Below, one piece after another: positions 26,691 to 39,630 of a stretch of 64,000 nt of DNA. Within the stretch, counting starts at the first letter, position 1. The number at the start of each line of letters is the position of its first letter. The stretch covers positions 324,198,001-324,262,000 of the forward strand of contig OZ024740.1 of assembly GCA_964016885.1 (NCBI GenBank), read 5' to 3'. Position numbers and translations under genes: made by a program. This DNA is from Eledone cirrhosa (taxonomy: Eukaryota). The notes beneath the pieces were generated by a model, which was not told the origin of the DNA, made no database searches, and worked only from the letters and a program-made list of their open reading frames with translations.

Positions 26691-27148
26691 TAAGTATGTA
26701 TGTATGTATACGTACATACATATATGTATACAGACGTACAGTAGTATGTATATATATACATACATGCACACATATATATATATATGCACGTATCGGTTTA
26801 CCGAACATTTATTATAATGCTCGTTAATATGCATAAGGAAAGTATATACTTTCAGACGTTCAACCATCTGGCAGGAAGGTATACGAACTGACGATAGCTA
26901 ATAAGCTTGAAACTAGTACATCGTTCCTGTGTCAGTGTTGAACAAAAAGGTGACGTGGTTGCCTAAACACTGTACGGCGTAATCGGGGCTGTTTGTTTGT
27001 TTACAAACAAACAAATCGAGCATTATAATAAATGTTCGGTAAACCGATACGTGCATATATATATGTGTGCATGTATGTATATGTTTTATACATACTACTG
27101 TACGTCTGTATACATATATGTATGTACGTATACATACATACATACTTA
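26691..27148 (+). mobile_element. Hammerhead element with ~130-bp inverted ends. Family copy at 22450-22745
   Basis: Inverted repeat 26691-26823/27017-27148 with an internal hammerhead. Confidence 0.6.
26883..26924 (+). ncRNA. Minimal hammerhead, same family as 22657-22699
   Basis: CTGACGA-tagctaataagctt-GAAA-ctag-TA. Stem I partly mismatched. Confidence 0.6.
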
Positions 27149-27203
27149 CATTTAAGTAAGTGCCGTACTAAGAGTGAAATGAAATTTCCTTTCATTCTAT
27201 TCC

Positions 27204-27234
<31 letters not shown>

Positions 27235-27362
27235 AAAGTTTTATTTAAGATTGTTGGGTTACAACGAGTAAATATTTTATAACTGATATAAAAGCACTCA
27301 ACAGTTTCTGGAGTAGGTTTACGATATTAAACAAATGGAGACTATATTTATAAAACCATATT

Positions 27363-27428
27363 TATTTCGTTATATATATTTCTGGGATATCATATTAAAA
27401 ATATGTTATGCCTTCCTCAGACAAAATA
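27363..27428 (-). ncRNA. Hammerhead motif, left arm of a palindrome
   Basis: Reverse complement of 27585-27650. Confidence 0.6.
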
Positions 27429-27584
27429 CAATACATAAGCTGTTTTATAAATAATTAGTGACATACCTTGTGATAATGCAACTTCCTTTTAAAAAGTTGA
27501 TTTGGTAGATAATCAACTTTTTAAAAGGAAGTTGCATTATCACAAGGTATGTCACTAATTATTTATAAAACAGCTTATGTATTG

Positions 27585-27650
27585 TATTTTGTCTGAGGAA
27601 GGCATAACATATTTTTAATATGATATCCCAGAAATATATATAACGAAATA
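27585..27650 (+). ncRNA. Hammerhead motif, right arm of a palindrome
   Basis: Stem I tattttgt/acgaaata, CTGAGGA, stem II gg..catatt/aatatg..cc, GAAA-tatata-TA. Confidence 0.6.
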
Positions 27651-28734
27651 AATATGGTTTTATAAATATAGTCTCCATTTGTTTAATATCGTATATATAT
27701 ATATATATATATGAAAATAGTCAGGACCCCGACGGCTGAGCTCCAGCTGTTTCGACAGCTAGATCCGTCGGGGTCCTGACTCTTTTCATATTACCCTCTA
27801 CTACCCTAAGTATTGAGTACTCTGGTGCGTTATGGTCCACCTGGTAACTTACCACACCCTCGTTGTTATACACACACCCAAACGATAGACATGTGTTATA
27901 TTTTCTTTCATAAACACTCAGAGTATCAACCCTTTATGACACCTTACTCATATACACACACACACAAAGTATCAGTATACACACTGATACACATGTAGGT
28001 GCGATATAGCCTATATACTACATGTGAACCTTCTTCCTCCCTCTCTCTCTCCACCAATCAATCACCCCATCCCGCTATCTCTCACGTACCAGATACAGTG
28101 GGGTGATCCAATATTATTGAACAGCTCCAATAAATTCATTGACTTATTGACAAACTGTGGATTGTAACACTGGATATGCCAGATTCTGTAGCATCATGAT
28201 GATGATGATGATGATGATGATAATATAGAGATGACGGTCGTGGTGGTGGTGGTGGTGGTGACATGACGGTGACATGATAGTGATGATGATCATCATCATC
28301 AACATATAGAGATGGTGGTGGTGGTGGTGGTGATGACAGATGATGGTGATGATGTGATGATGACGTCGATGACGATAATGATCAGCATAGAGATGATGGT
28401 GATGGTGATGATGATGATGATGATCAACATATTGAGATGATTGTCGTGGTGGTGGTGATGACATGACGGTGATTATGATATAGAGATGATGTTGATGATG
28501 TTGATGGTGGTGGTGGTGGTGGTGGTGATGTGATCATGTCATGAAGACGATGACACAGATGATGGTGATACCAAATTGTGATGCTGATGGTTATAACATA
28601 AATGAAGATGATCTTGACGACGACGACGATGATGATGACAACGACGATGTTTGGCAATTACGATAAAGATGACACTGCTGGTGTTGATGATGATGATGAT
28701 AATAGTAACGATGATGACAACGACTACGAAAAAG

Positions 28735-29270
28735 ATGATGACAACGGTGGTGGTGGTGGTGATGACAACGGTGGTGGTGGTGGTGGTGATGACAACGGTG
28801 GTGGTGGTGATGACAACGGTGGTGGTGGTGGTGATGACAACGGTGGTGGTGGTGGTGATGACAACGGTGGTGGTGGTGGTGGTGATGACAACGGTGGTGG
28901 TGGTGGTGATGACAACGGTGGTGGTGGTGATGATGACAACGGTGGTGGTGGTGATGATGACAACGGTGGTGGTGGTGGTGATGACAACGGTGGTGGTGGT
29001 GATGATGACAACGGTGGTGGTGGTGATGATGACAACGGTGGTGGTGGTGATGATGACAACGGTGGTGGTGGTGATGATGACAACGGTGGTGGTGGTGATG
29101 ATGACAACGGTGGTGGTGGTGGTGATGACAACGGTGGTGGTGGTGGTGATGACAACGGTGGTGGTGGTGGTGATGACAACGGTGGTGGTGGTGGTGATGA
29201 CAACGGTGGTGGTGGTGGTGATGACAACGGTGGTGGTGGTGGTGATGACAACGGTGGTGGTGGTGATGAC
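28735..29270. repeat. gatgacaac(ggt)n minisatellite within a (GAT/GGT)-rich tract
   Basis: More than 20 units of 21-27 bp. Confidence 0.9.
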
Positions 29271-29869
29271 GATATTACAAATACGAGTTTACTGGGTGGA
29301 ATGACAGAAAAGACAGAACGAATACATATAGATATATGTGTGTGTGCATGTAAGTGTGTGTGTGTGAGTGTGCATGTGTGTATGTAAGTGTGTGAGTGTG
29401 CATGTGTGTAAGTGTGTGAGTGTGCATGTGTGTAAGTGTGCGTGTGTGTAAATGTGCATGTGTGCATGTCAGCAGCGGTGCAATGTTAAATTACTGTGTG
29501 AGTGTGTGCGGGATGATAGTGAAAGATCAAACACAGATAAACATACTACATACATACGTATATATCAGGCTGTCCCAAAACAATGTATACACATTTCAAC
29601 GTACAGGTAATCAAAATGTGTATACATTTTTGGGGGACACCCTACATATGCACATCTATAAAATATGTATTTATTCAATATGTTCCGTGTATGTGTGCGT
29701 GTGTGTGTGTGTGTGTGTGTTCAATCATGCAACATGTGTATATGTTAGAGGGAGAGGGGGAAGGGAAGCGAATACGCGCACGCTCATACATAGCTGTGAA
29801 GGCAGTTTGTATTGAATGTGTGTACACGTGTGTGAATGTGTGAGAATGTGTGTGAGAATGTGTGTGAGA

Positions 29870-29932
<63 letters not shown>

Positions 29933-30151
29933 TATGCGTGTGAATATGTGAGTGAATGTGTGAGTAAATGTGTGAGTGAATGTGTGAGTGAATGTGTGTG
30001 TGTGTATGAGTGTGAGAATGTGTGCGTGTGAATGTATGCGTGTGAATGTGTGTGTGAATGTGTGTGTGAATGTGTGTGCATATATTCTTGCGACAGAGAG
30101 AACGAATACGCAAGCATACACGTCTGTGAATGCTGTTTACATGTGCCGTTG

Positions 30152-30182
<31 letters not shown>

Positions 30183-31160
30183 GACTCGTCCTATAAGTGG
30201 GTTGGTGTCTGCTCTGTCGGTAAAAAGGTTCTGGGCCCGGATAGCCAAGAAAAGTGTCTCCCACCTCCACTACAGTGGCCGAAATTGGTCTTGATCCGCC
30301 TTGAAACAGTTTTCACAGAGTGAAAGGAACACACACACACACACACAGACCTCTGTAAACTGTTGCATGTATCCAATATATGTGCACGTTCGTGTTTTTA
30401 TCGCGTGTGTATGTGTGTGTGTGTGCCCGTTTCTATGTATATCTATGTGGAGTTTGTGAAAGACAGGGAAAACGAAAGTGATAGAAAGAAAGAAAGAAAG
30501 AAAGAAAGAAGAGGGAAATAATACACAAACACATACACATCCATCCATACATACATACATACACATACATCTGTGAAGGCTGGTTATATGTATTTAATGT
30601 GTCACTTCAAGCAACAACGTTTTAGTGTATATATGTGTAAGAGAGGGAGAGAGAGAACGAAACCGAATACACATCCCACACGTACATACAATCCTGCTTA
30701 TAAGCTTATACAGATGTATGTTCTCAAATTGTGCATGTGTGTGTTTATTCATGCAGCAATGCATTATTGTATGTGTTTATACGTGTGTACATGAGAGAGG
30801 GAGAGCGAGACGGAGAACGAATACAAACATACCGACATTGATGTGTGTGCGTGTTTGTGTGTGCGTGTATGTATGTAGGTACAACATTCTATATGTGTTA
30901 TAATTATTGTATGTGGCTATTTAAGTGTATGAGAGGAAGAAATAGAGAACTCACACACACGCGTAGCTATACAAGACATGTGGGGCTTATGTCTCCATGT
31001 GTGTGTGGTGAGTGAGTGTTTGTGCATGTGTTCATGCAACAATGCATTTTATTGCATTACTGTGTGTCAGAGAAAGAGGAACTGAGTGAAAACACGTGTA
31101 TGCGTGCACACAACGAAAATAATTATGTACGTATGTTTGCATATATATATATATATATAT

Positions 31161-31209
<49 letters not shown>

Positions 31210-31332
31210 TAGGAGGTGAGTTTTATTGTAGCACAATAAAGCAATACAAATATCGGATAAGTAGCACTCAATAGTTTATAGGACTGGAGTATAAATAATA
31301 TAAAATCAAAAGATGGTTAAAAGAGTTCCATG

Positions 31333-31402
31333 TATTTTATTATGCGCATTTCAAAAACAAATATCATCATGGGATGATATTACGTTCTCATCAGATAAAA
31401 TA
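31333..31402 (-). ncRNA. Hammerhead ribozyme motif, left arm of a fold-back
   Basis: Near reverse complement of 31455-31525. Confidence 0.7.
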
Positions 31403-31454
31403 GGGAGACATGATATGAAGCAAGTGTTTTTTTAAGCTTCATATCATGTCTCCC

Positions 31455-31525
31455 TATTTTATCTGATGAGAACACAAATATCATCCCATGATGATATTTG
31501 TTTTTGAAATGCGCATAATAAAATA
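31455..31525 (+). ncRNA. Type I hammerhead ribozyme, intact core
   Basis: 8-bp stem I tattttat/ataaaata, CTGATGA, long stem II acaaatatcatc/gatgatatttgt, GAAA-tgcgca-TA (palindrome ATGCGCAT). Confidence 0.8.
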
Positions 31526-31912
31526 CATGGAACTCTTTTAACCATCTTTGGATTTAATATTTTATATATATATCATTTCATTTCATTTCATGTCCGCTTT
31601 TTCCCTGCTTGCAAGGGTGGGACGGGAACTGATTCTGGCTTGATTTCTACAGCGGGATGCCCTTCCTAACACCAACCTCATTTACAATGCTTTTTTGCCG
31701 TGGCACCTCCACGACCACTTTGCAGTGGAATGATATGGACCCCAGTCCCTAGCATCTCATTTCTACAGCTGAGTAAACTGGAGCAGTGTGAAATAAAGTG
31801 TCTTGCTCAAGGAAACAACACATCACCCGGTCTGAGAATTGAACTCACAACCTTTCGATTGCAAGGCCAATGCTCTAACCACTAAGCCATGTGCCTCCAC
31901 ATATATATATAT

Positions 31913-31948
<36 letters not shown>

Positions 31949-32066
31949 ATATATATATATATATATATATATCGATATATATATATATATATATCGATAT
32001 ATATATATATCGATATATATATATATATATCGATATATATATATATATATCGATATATATATCGAT

Positions 32067-32122
<56 letters not shown>

Positions 32123-32308
32123 TATGCAGATATATAAGTGTGTGTGTGTTTATATATATATTGTTATACTTTGGGAGGGTCATGTTGCCAATAAGAAACA
32201 CACGCACCAGTCACATTCACTCCAATTTATAATAAGTTAAATTATAAATTTAAAAATTTATAAATTTCCTGTTGGTTGGTTCCACAACCGGACGGTTGTT
32301 AATATATT

Positions 32309-32351
32309 GTCAAAGTTCTTTCGTCACACATTCTGTGACCTCTTCAGTGAC
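32309..32351 (-). ncRNA. Minimal hammerhead, same family as 2292-2334
   Basis: gtca-CTGAAGA-g-gtcaca..tgtgac-GAAA-gaac-TT-tgac. Confidence 0.65.
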
Positions 32352-32418
32352 TGCGGATTCTTTTCTTTGTTTTGTGCCTCTCCTTTGTTCTGTCCTACGC
32401 CATCTTGTTTTTGTGTGC

Positions 32419-32456
<38 letters not shown>

Positions 32457-32496
32457 CGATATTAATAAATGGAAACTATATTTATAAAACCATATT

Positions 32497-32561
32497 TATT
32501 TCATTATATATATTTCAAGGATACCAAGTTACATTATGGTATGCCTTCATCAGACAAAATA
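32497..32561 (-). ncRNA. Hammerhead motif, same family as 27585-27650
   Basis: tattttgt-CTGATGA-agg-c-atacca..tggtat-cct-t-GAAA-tatata-TA-atgaaata. Stem II differs in sequence from the 27.6-kb copy but still pairs. Confidence 0.7.
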
Positions 32562-32593
32562 CAATATATAACAGTTTTATAAATAGGACACCC

Positions 32594-32627
<34 letters not shown>

Positions 32628-32701
32628 GGGTGTCCACAAACATGGATACACACTTTGATTAGAATGCTGTTGAAATGTGTATATATTTTTGGTGGACACC
32701 C

Positions 32702-32774
<73 letters not shown>

Positions 32775-32919
32775 ACTAGGATGAAGTTCTACGGTAGGGT
32801 TTATTCCAAGCATTAGCATGTTTCATTGGCTAGTATTTATATGTGAGTCCTCAATAGGACGAAACATTGTTGGCTAATAAAGACTTTTGATGTATTGAAG
32901 GCTTCTTTGGTTTATTTTC

Positions 32920-32921
<2 letters not shown>

Positions 32922-32981
<60 letters not shown>

Positions 32982-33620
32982 CATATATATATAAATACAT
33001 ATATATATATACATACATATATATATCTATATAATACATATATATATATACATACATACATATATATATATACATACATACACATATCTATATAATACAT
33101 ATATATATATATATACACATATCTATATAATACATATATATATATACACATATCTATATAATACATATATATATATATATACACATATCTATATAATACA
33201 TATATATATATACACATATCTATATAATACATATATATATATATATATATACATATATCTATATAATACATACATATATATATATATACATTAATACATA
33301 CATATATATATATATACATTAATACATACATATATACATTAATACATACATATATATATATATACATTAATACATACATATATATATATATACATTAATA
33401 CATACATATATATATATATACATTAATACATACATATATACATTAATACATACATAAATATATATATACATTAATACATACATATATATATATACATTAA
33501 TACATACATATATATATATACATTAATACATACATATATATATATACATTAATACATACATATATATACATTAATACATACATATATATATATACATTAA
33601 TACATACATATATATATACA
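32922..33620. repeat. Compound (TA)n-derived minisatellite
   Basis: Units catatctatataatacat(at)n, then cattaatacatacat(at)n. Confidence 0.85.
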
Positions 33621-33755
33621 TGCATATAAGCATGAGTTTCAGAAGATCCTGTTAAGGGTGAATGCAGCGATTCTTTGCTTAAACTCTAATCTGTTATTTT
33701 AATACATACATACATACATACATACATACATACATACATACATACATACATACAT

Positions 33756-34166
33756 GGTGGCTGCCAACTCGTTTTCGAGTACGGCCACTACTTTATATCC
33801 ATGTAGGAGAACCCCTACCGATGCGCTGAACGAGTATGACTTTTTAGTCCAGCCAGCGACTTGAAAACTCTGGTACAAACACTACACTTGTGACAATTAT
33901 TGACACATAGTGCTGGGCCCATGGTACCATGTGACGACAAGTGCAGAGAGATCTCCAGATATAAAGCAATGCCTGTGCCGTGAAGCTTTTATAGTGAGCA
34001 AAGGCACTGCACAAAGCCAGTCCCACTCTCTTAACCAAGATGATATTTACCAAAAAGAAGAACAAGTCAATATCATTGGATACCATCAGGGTTGCAGGGT
34101 TTATATCAGAGTTTTCCTTCTCCTAGAATTCTGCCTTAACAAAGGCTAAGGGGTCATCTCTCCCGG
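33756..34166 (-). mobile_element. Truncated copy of a non-autonomous retroposon in (CATA)n
   Basis: Near-identical to 35123-35505 apart from a ~27-bp indel and a few substitutions. (CATA)n on both sides. Strand inferred. Confidence 0.65.
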
Positions 34167-34194
34167 GATACATACATACATACATACATACATA

Positions 34195-35100
34195 GAGAAA
34201 TCGGAAGATCCTATTCAATGTTTAAACAAGATGAAAAATTGACCAATTTACAGAAAAAGTTGTGCATGGATATTTGAGACGTAAAACACAGACCATAGAG
34301 GGGATAAACCACTCAAAAAGCCTGGCATGGAGTTCCGACAAGTTTATGACATCACACCTTGAGGGATATCTCTATGCAATACAGGAACAAGAACTCCCTA
34401 CCAAATATCTGCTGCACAAAAGGGGAGGGCCAGCAGCTGACAATAAATGTAGGCTATGTAAAACAAAGATCGAGGATGTAAGCCACATTGTTGCCAGCTG
34501 CGAAAGAATGTCATCTCGCTACTACCTCCCTATGAGACACGATGGGATAGCTAGAACCATCTGGAACGCACTTCGGAAAACAAAATTAACAACGAACGAG
34601 GAAGAATATATTGAGACAGATGGAACTAAGGAATACTGGTGGAACCTGAAAATAAAAACTGCCACCAAATTAAAGCACAACCGGCCTGATATTGTTGTTT
34701 GGAACCACACATTGAAAACGTGTTCTGTTGTGGAGATCAGCGGCCCACTTGATATAAACGTTGTCAGAAAAATACAGGAGAAGGAGGACATCTACGGACC
34801 ATTGATGAGGAGTTTACAAAACCAGTATCCAAGATACACCTTTAGCTTCATACCCATCATTATTGGAGCTACGGGTTATATGCCAACCCGTTTGGACCAA
34901 AGTATGACTGAACTTGGATTTGCGGACAAAGAGCGCAGCTCCCTAATTCATAGTCTACAAATGGCTACGATAGCTGGCACCTTCAACATTTGCAAAACAT
35001 TCTTGCTATTCAATGGATGACAATTTCTTTTCTTTTACGACCTTGCCACCAGGAAGGTGGCCGGTCAAAAAAATATACTCGAAATTAAGAGAAAGAGATC
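34195..35100 (+). mobile_element. 5'-truncated R4/Dong-clade non-LTR retrotransposon (C-terminal zinc knuckle plus restriction-like endonuclease, 3' UTR)
   Basis: ORF 34262-35020 has AIQEQEL, CRLC..EDVSHIVASC (CCHC), RHD, RPDIVV..VVEIS..K (PD-(D/E)xK) and IPIIIGATG. No RT domain. (CATA)n on both sides. Confidence 0.85.
34262..35020 (+). CDS. Partial retrotransposon ORF (RLE endonuclease domain), uninterrupted for 252 codons
   Basis: Motifs as above. The start is not a real initiation site because the element is truncated. Confidence 0.75.
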   Translation: MHGYLRRKTQTIEGINHSKSLAWSSDKFMTSHLEGYLYAIQEQELPTKYLLHKRGGPAADNKCRLCKTKIEDVSHIVASCERMSSRYYLPMRHDGIARTIWNALRKTKLTTNEEEYIETDGTKEYWWNLKIKTATKLKHNRPDIVVWNHTLKTCSVVEISGPLDINVVRKIQEKEDIYGPLMRSLQNQYPRYTFSFIPIIIGATGYMPTRLDQSMTELGFADKERSSLIHSLQMATIAGTFNICKTFLLFNG

Positions 35101-35122
35101 ACACATACATACATACATACAT

Positions 35123-35700
35123 GGTGGCTGCCAACTCGTTTTCGAGTATGGCCACTATTTTATATCCATGTAGGAGAACCCCTTAGTCCAGCCAGCGACT
35201 TGAAAACTCTGGTACAAACACTGCACTTGTGACAATTATTGACACATAGTGCTGGGCCCATGGTACCATGTGACGACAAGTGCAGAGAGATCTCCAGATA
35301 CAAAGCAATGCCTGTGCCGTGAAGCTTTTATAGTGAGCAAAGGCACTGCACAAAGCCAGTCCCACTCTCTTAACCAAGATGATATTTACCAAAAAGAAGA
35401 ACAAGTCAACATCATTGGATATCATCAGAGTTGCAGGTGTTATATCAGAGTTTTCCTTCTCCTAGAATTCTGCCTTGACAAAGGCTAAGGGGTCATCTCT
35501 CCCGGTGATTTTGGATGGCCATTGACCTTAAGAGCTCCTTTGCCCTTTGACAGGTTTTGTTTTTAGTCCTGCAGGATGTCCAAAGTCACCCTCCTCACCA
35601 AGAAACCTTGGTGGGGTTGCCAGTTTAGTCGCCAACGACCCGACCATGAGACAGGTTAGACTTGGATACATGTTACCAGTAGCACCAACTGGTGACCTGA
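35123..35700 (-). mobile_element. ~580-bp non-autonomous retroposon in (CATA)n with an RTE-5'UTR-like segment
   Basis: (CATA)n on both sides and a second copy upstream. Minus strand has GGCAG..CTAGGAGAAGGAAAACTCTGAT, which I recall from RTE/BovB-type 5' UTRs (not verified). Confidence 0.6.
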
Positions 35701-35738
35701 CATACATACATACATACATACATACATACATACATACA

Positions 35739-35773
<35 letters not shown>

Positions 35774-35886
35774 GCGCGTGTGTATTCCATAGTCCGTAAT
35801 AAAATATCTGTAGAAGCCAGTATACAAAATCATTCATCATACAAACATACAAAGAGACAAATGCATCCATTTTCACACTCACACAC

Positions 35887-35939
<53 letters not shown>

Positions 35940-37999
35940 GAGAGAGAAACAGACAAATGCATCCATTGAGACACACACAGAGGCGTCTCATTTCTATCTG
36001 GCATGATTGTTACATTCCTCAGTTGTCAGTGGACCAACTAATTCATTACCGATTCTCTCAACTGGATCTTATTCTCACCCCACTTGTCCTTGTTATTCTC
36101 TTACTGGTTCCAATCAGTGGACTGCGGCTATGCTGGAGCACAGCTTATCCAAAAGGACGGCGGGAGGGGGGGGGAGACCATGCTGGAGCATCACCATAAA
36201 GGGATTTGGTCGAACATTATCGATCCCAGTATGGTTTTTTTTTTTTACCAAGTCTAGTACATATTTATCGAACCATTAGATTACAGGATGCAAACAAACA
36301 CATCTGGTGATGAAGCTGAGAGAGAGGGGAGGTAGAGGGGTGAGAGAGAGGAAGAGAGAGGAGGAAGAAAGAGAGAGACATTTTCAGAGAACGAGAGAGA
36401 GGGGGGAAGAGAGAGGGGGAGAGGGGTAAACAGGAAGAGGGAAGACCAGAGCTGGTTTGGGCTGGGTTGGTATCAAAACGGTTCATACAGAATTTTGTGG
36501 GATTTATATATGTTCTTATATAAAATTAAATTGGAAGATTTTAATTCTAATAGGGACCTTTTGAAATGAGAGGTTTTATTTCATAAAACTACAGAGAAAG
36601 TTTTGGCCGGGTTTGGTATCGAAAGGAGTTAAACGGAAGCCTCACCAGTTTCAATACCACATCACCACCACCCCTGTAAAAGACAGTTAAACGTTACAGG
36701 ACATCCAGCTAGGTAGAGCAGGCAGTTGTTAGTTCCTCCTATTTCATCTCTACAACACACGGTTTAGGTAGTTAGACATAACTTTGAAAAACTTTTGGCA
36801 CAAGGCCAGCAATTATCCCAGTGCATTACTGGTACTTTATTTTATCGATCCCCGTAAGGATGGATGAAAGGCAAAGTTAAACTCGGGTGACGATGGTGAT
36901 GATAGTGGTGATGATGGCGATAATGACGGCGATTATAGAGAAAATGGCGATGATAGTGGGGATGATGACGATGGTAGTGATGACGGTGAAGAATATAGTA
37001 GTGAAGATAATGATGACAATAGTGATGATGGCAACTATACTGATGACAATGACAATGATTATGGTGATGACGATAATGACAACGATGATTATAACGACGT
37101 TGATGACAATAACGATGGTGGTGGTGATGACGATAGGGATGAGAATGGTGGTGGTGGCAACGATGGTGGTAAGGACAAAGGTATATAGCCATGTAGCATA
37201 ACAACCACCAACATCACCACCATCTCAACAATCATATTTATTGTACTCTAGAAACAACTGTTAAACATACCACCACCATCCTAACCATTACATCTATCAA
37301 CGCCCTCTCTGTCTGTCTCTCATGCCATCTGCCACTACTACCAATAACCCGTCTCCCATCACCATCACCACCACCACCACAATCCCTACCAACACCCTCT
37401 CTATCTTCTCTCTATCCAATATCCCAGCCACTGCACCCACCACAAAAAGATATAACCTAACACCAACACCACCGACAATAACACCACCACCACCACCATC
37501 AACAACCACCACTACTACCAATACCACCAACACCATCACCAACAACCACCACTACCAATACCACAACAACCAACACACCGTCAACTACAACAACATTAAT
37601 ACATAAACTTATGAAGTTTTACAAACTTTTTCTAACACTTCACGTTGCTCCAGTCAACTTGGGGGAAAATAAGTACCAGCAGCAGAAGCTGGAATATAAC
37701 CATGCAACAGGCAAGCATCCTGTACAGCGAATCGTTCTCCGCCTCCAGCCTTGTCACTTCGACCACAAACCCGGGCTCCACTGCCCACAATGCGAAGGAG
37801 TAGAAAATACTCAAATCAGGGACTGGGGCACCGCTTAGACAGGGGTGTAGTGACTGTCCTTCTCCCTCTCCTATCTTTCGCAGCTTATCCTTTCCTTTTA
37901 ATAGTTTTCTTTTTCTTAGATACTGCTTAATATGTATTTGTACTTAACATTGATAATAAATTATGAGTTTTCTATACTCTCAGTCATTTAACGCCGATG

Positions 38000-38420
38000 A
38001 AACCGAGATAAGCTCGGCTTGATGAGAGGGTCACGTGTGAATGTCCACAAGTTAACTTTCCAGCGGTTCCTGTCAAAAGTAACTGTCTCCAATTTATCCG
38101 GCTGGATCCCCAAGTGAGACCAGCCAAGCTCATAGATGTTATCCAACCATCTTGTTCGGGGGTGTACCCCTTGGTCTCCTGTCGGTTAGTTTTGTCCGTA
38201 AAATCTGTTCAGCGATTCTTTCCTGAGGCATTCTAACCACATGCCCGAAGTATCGGAGCTATGATCTCTCAATTTGGAGAAGTTGATCTCTCAATGTGTA
38301 GCTCTACCTGGAGTGACTCTCTCATCCCCTATTTCGGCCGCTTGTATTCGCGATCGTATTCATAACCGTAGTTAAAGGCTGGCACGAATACTGAATTGAA
38401 GATAGCGAGTTTGGCTTATA
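38000..38420 (-). pseudogene. Decayed RTE-clade LINE 3' fragment
   Basis: Minus-strand translation KLAIFNSVFVP...LRYFGHVVRMPQERIAEQIL..RRPRGTPRTRWLDNI, the typical RTE ORF C-terminus. Confidence 0.75.
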
Positions 38421-38836
38421 CACCGACCATATATGTATGTATGTGTGTGTGTGGGGGGGGGGGTCTGCATCCTTTTGTTTGTTTATATAGGACATTTCAT
38501 TTCTGTAAGAGAGAGAGAGAGATAGAGCAGAGCAGACAGGCAGACAGATAGAAAGCAGGCAGACAGAGTGTGTACGTTTTGGGAATTTCAGTTCTTTTTA
38601 GAAATCCAGGTGGTCACTGAAAAAATAACGTGTGTATATGTATATGTCTGGGTGTAAAATTGTGTATAAGTGTTTGTGTGTGTATCTGCATCTGTGTACA
38701 ATATTGTAAACAGAACGTGACGAAACTCTAAAACTATTTCATCAAACCCCTGTCAACAAACAATGCAGCAGTGTTTTACTGCATGTAGTGTGTATGTATG
38801 TGTGTGTGTATATATATGTGTGTCTGTCTGCTACTG

Positions 38837-38900
<64 letters not shown>

Positions 38901-38965
38901 CAGTAGCAGACAGACACACACCCTTTCATTTGAAGTTCAATTCGAAACATTTTTTTTTCAACCTG

Positions 38966-39054
<89 letters not shown>

Positions 39055-39477
39055 CTCTTTATATGCCAGCATTAGAAAGAATGCATAAAACCGGGCAGTA
39101 ATAGCAGGAACACATTCATATATACACATACATACCAACATACCCGTATATTAATACTGGTGCATATGTACCACAGCTGCAGCAGTAGTGACATAAATAT
39201 ATATACAAGAGTCACCAAAAATGTATACACCAACAACATTCTAATAAAAGTGTGTATACATTTTTGGGGGACACATTGTACACATACACACACGTATATT
39301 ATGCGGGGTGTATGTGCCAATAACAGAAGCAGTAGGGACTTGCAGGCGAATACAGACACACACACACTCACACATAGACAGGGTTTATATAGACAAACGC
39401 AGCCCTATAAAATATATGTATTATGCATGAGGTGTTGTTTCGGTTATATCAACAATGAAATAGCAAATAATATCAAT

Positions 39478-39630
39478 AATAATGCTTCTAATTAAGGCAC
39501 AAGGCCAGCAATTTAAGAGGGAGGAGTAAATCGATGACATCGACCCCAGGAAATGACTGGTACTTTATTTTATCACCTCCTAGAATGATGAAAGGCAAAG
39601 ATGACTTCGGCGAAATTTGAACTCAGAACG
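39478..39630 (-). mobile_element. Family-A SINE, partial
   Basis: Core and tail similarity. Confidence 0.7.

Larger units (their letters stand above)
27231..27693. mobile_element. Palindromic hammerhead element with 183-bp arms
   Basis: 27320-27502 is the reverse complement of 27511-27693 (8-nt spacer). Extra tail on the left, (TA)n on both sides. Confidence 0.75.
31210..31566. mobile_element. Fold-back hammerhead element (arms ~31290-31421 / 31436-31566)
   Basis: Near-perfect inverted arms with a 14-nt spacer. Left tail contains tattgagtgct on the minus strand. Confidence 0.75.

Noticed and set aside
28602-29387. 261-aa Gly/Asp-rich ORF resembling a structural protein
   Set aside because: Pure trinucleotide-based minisatellite, open in several frames and on both strands, with no splice or start context.
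33756-35505. LTR retrotransposon (direct repeats around an ORF)
   Set aside because: The ORF is a non-LTR RLE domain. The repeats differ in length, are separated from the ORF by (CATA)n, and show no PBS or PPT.
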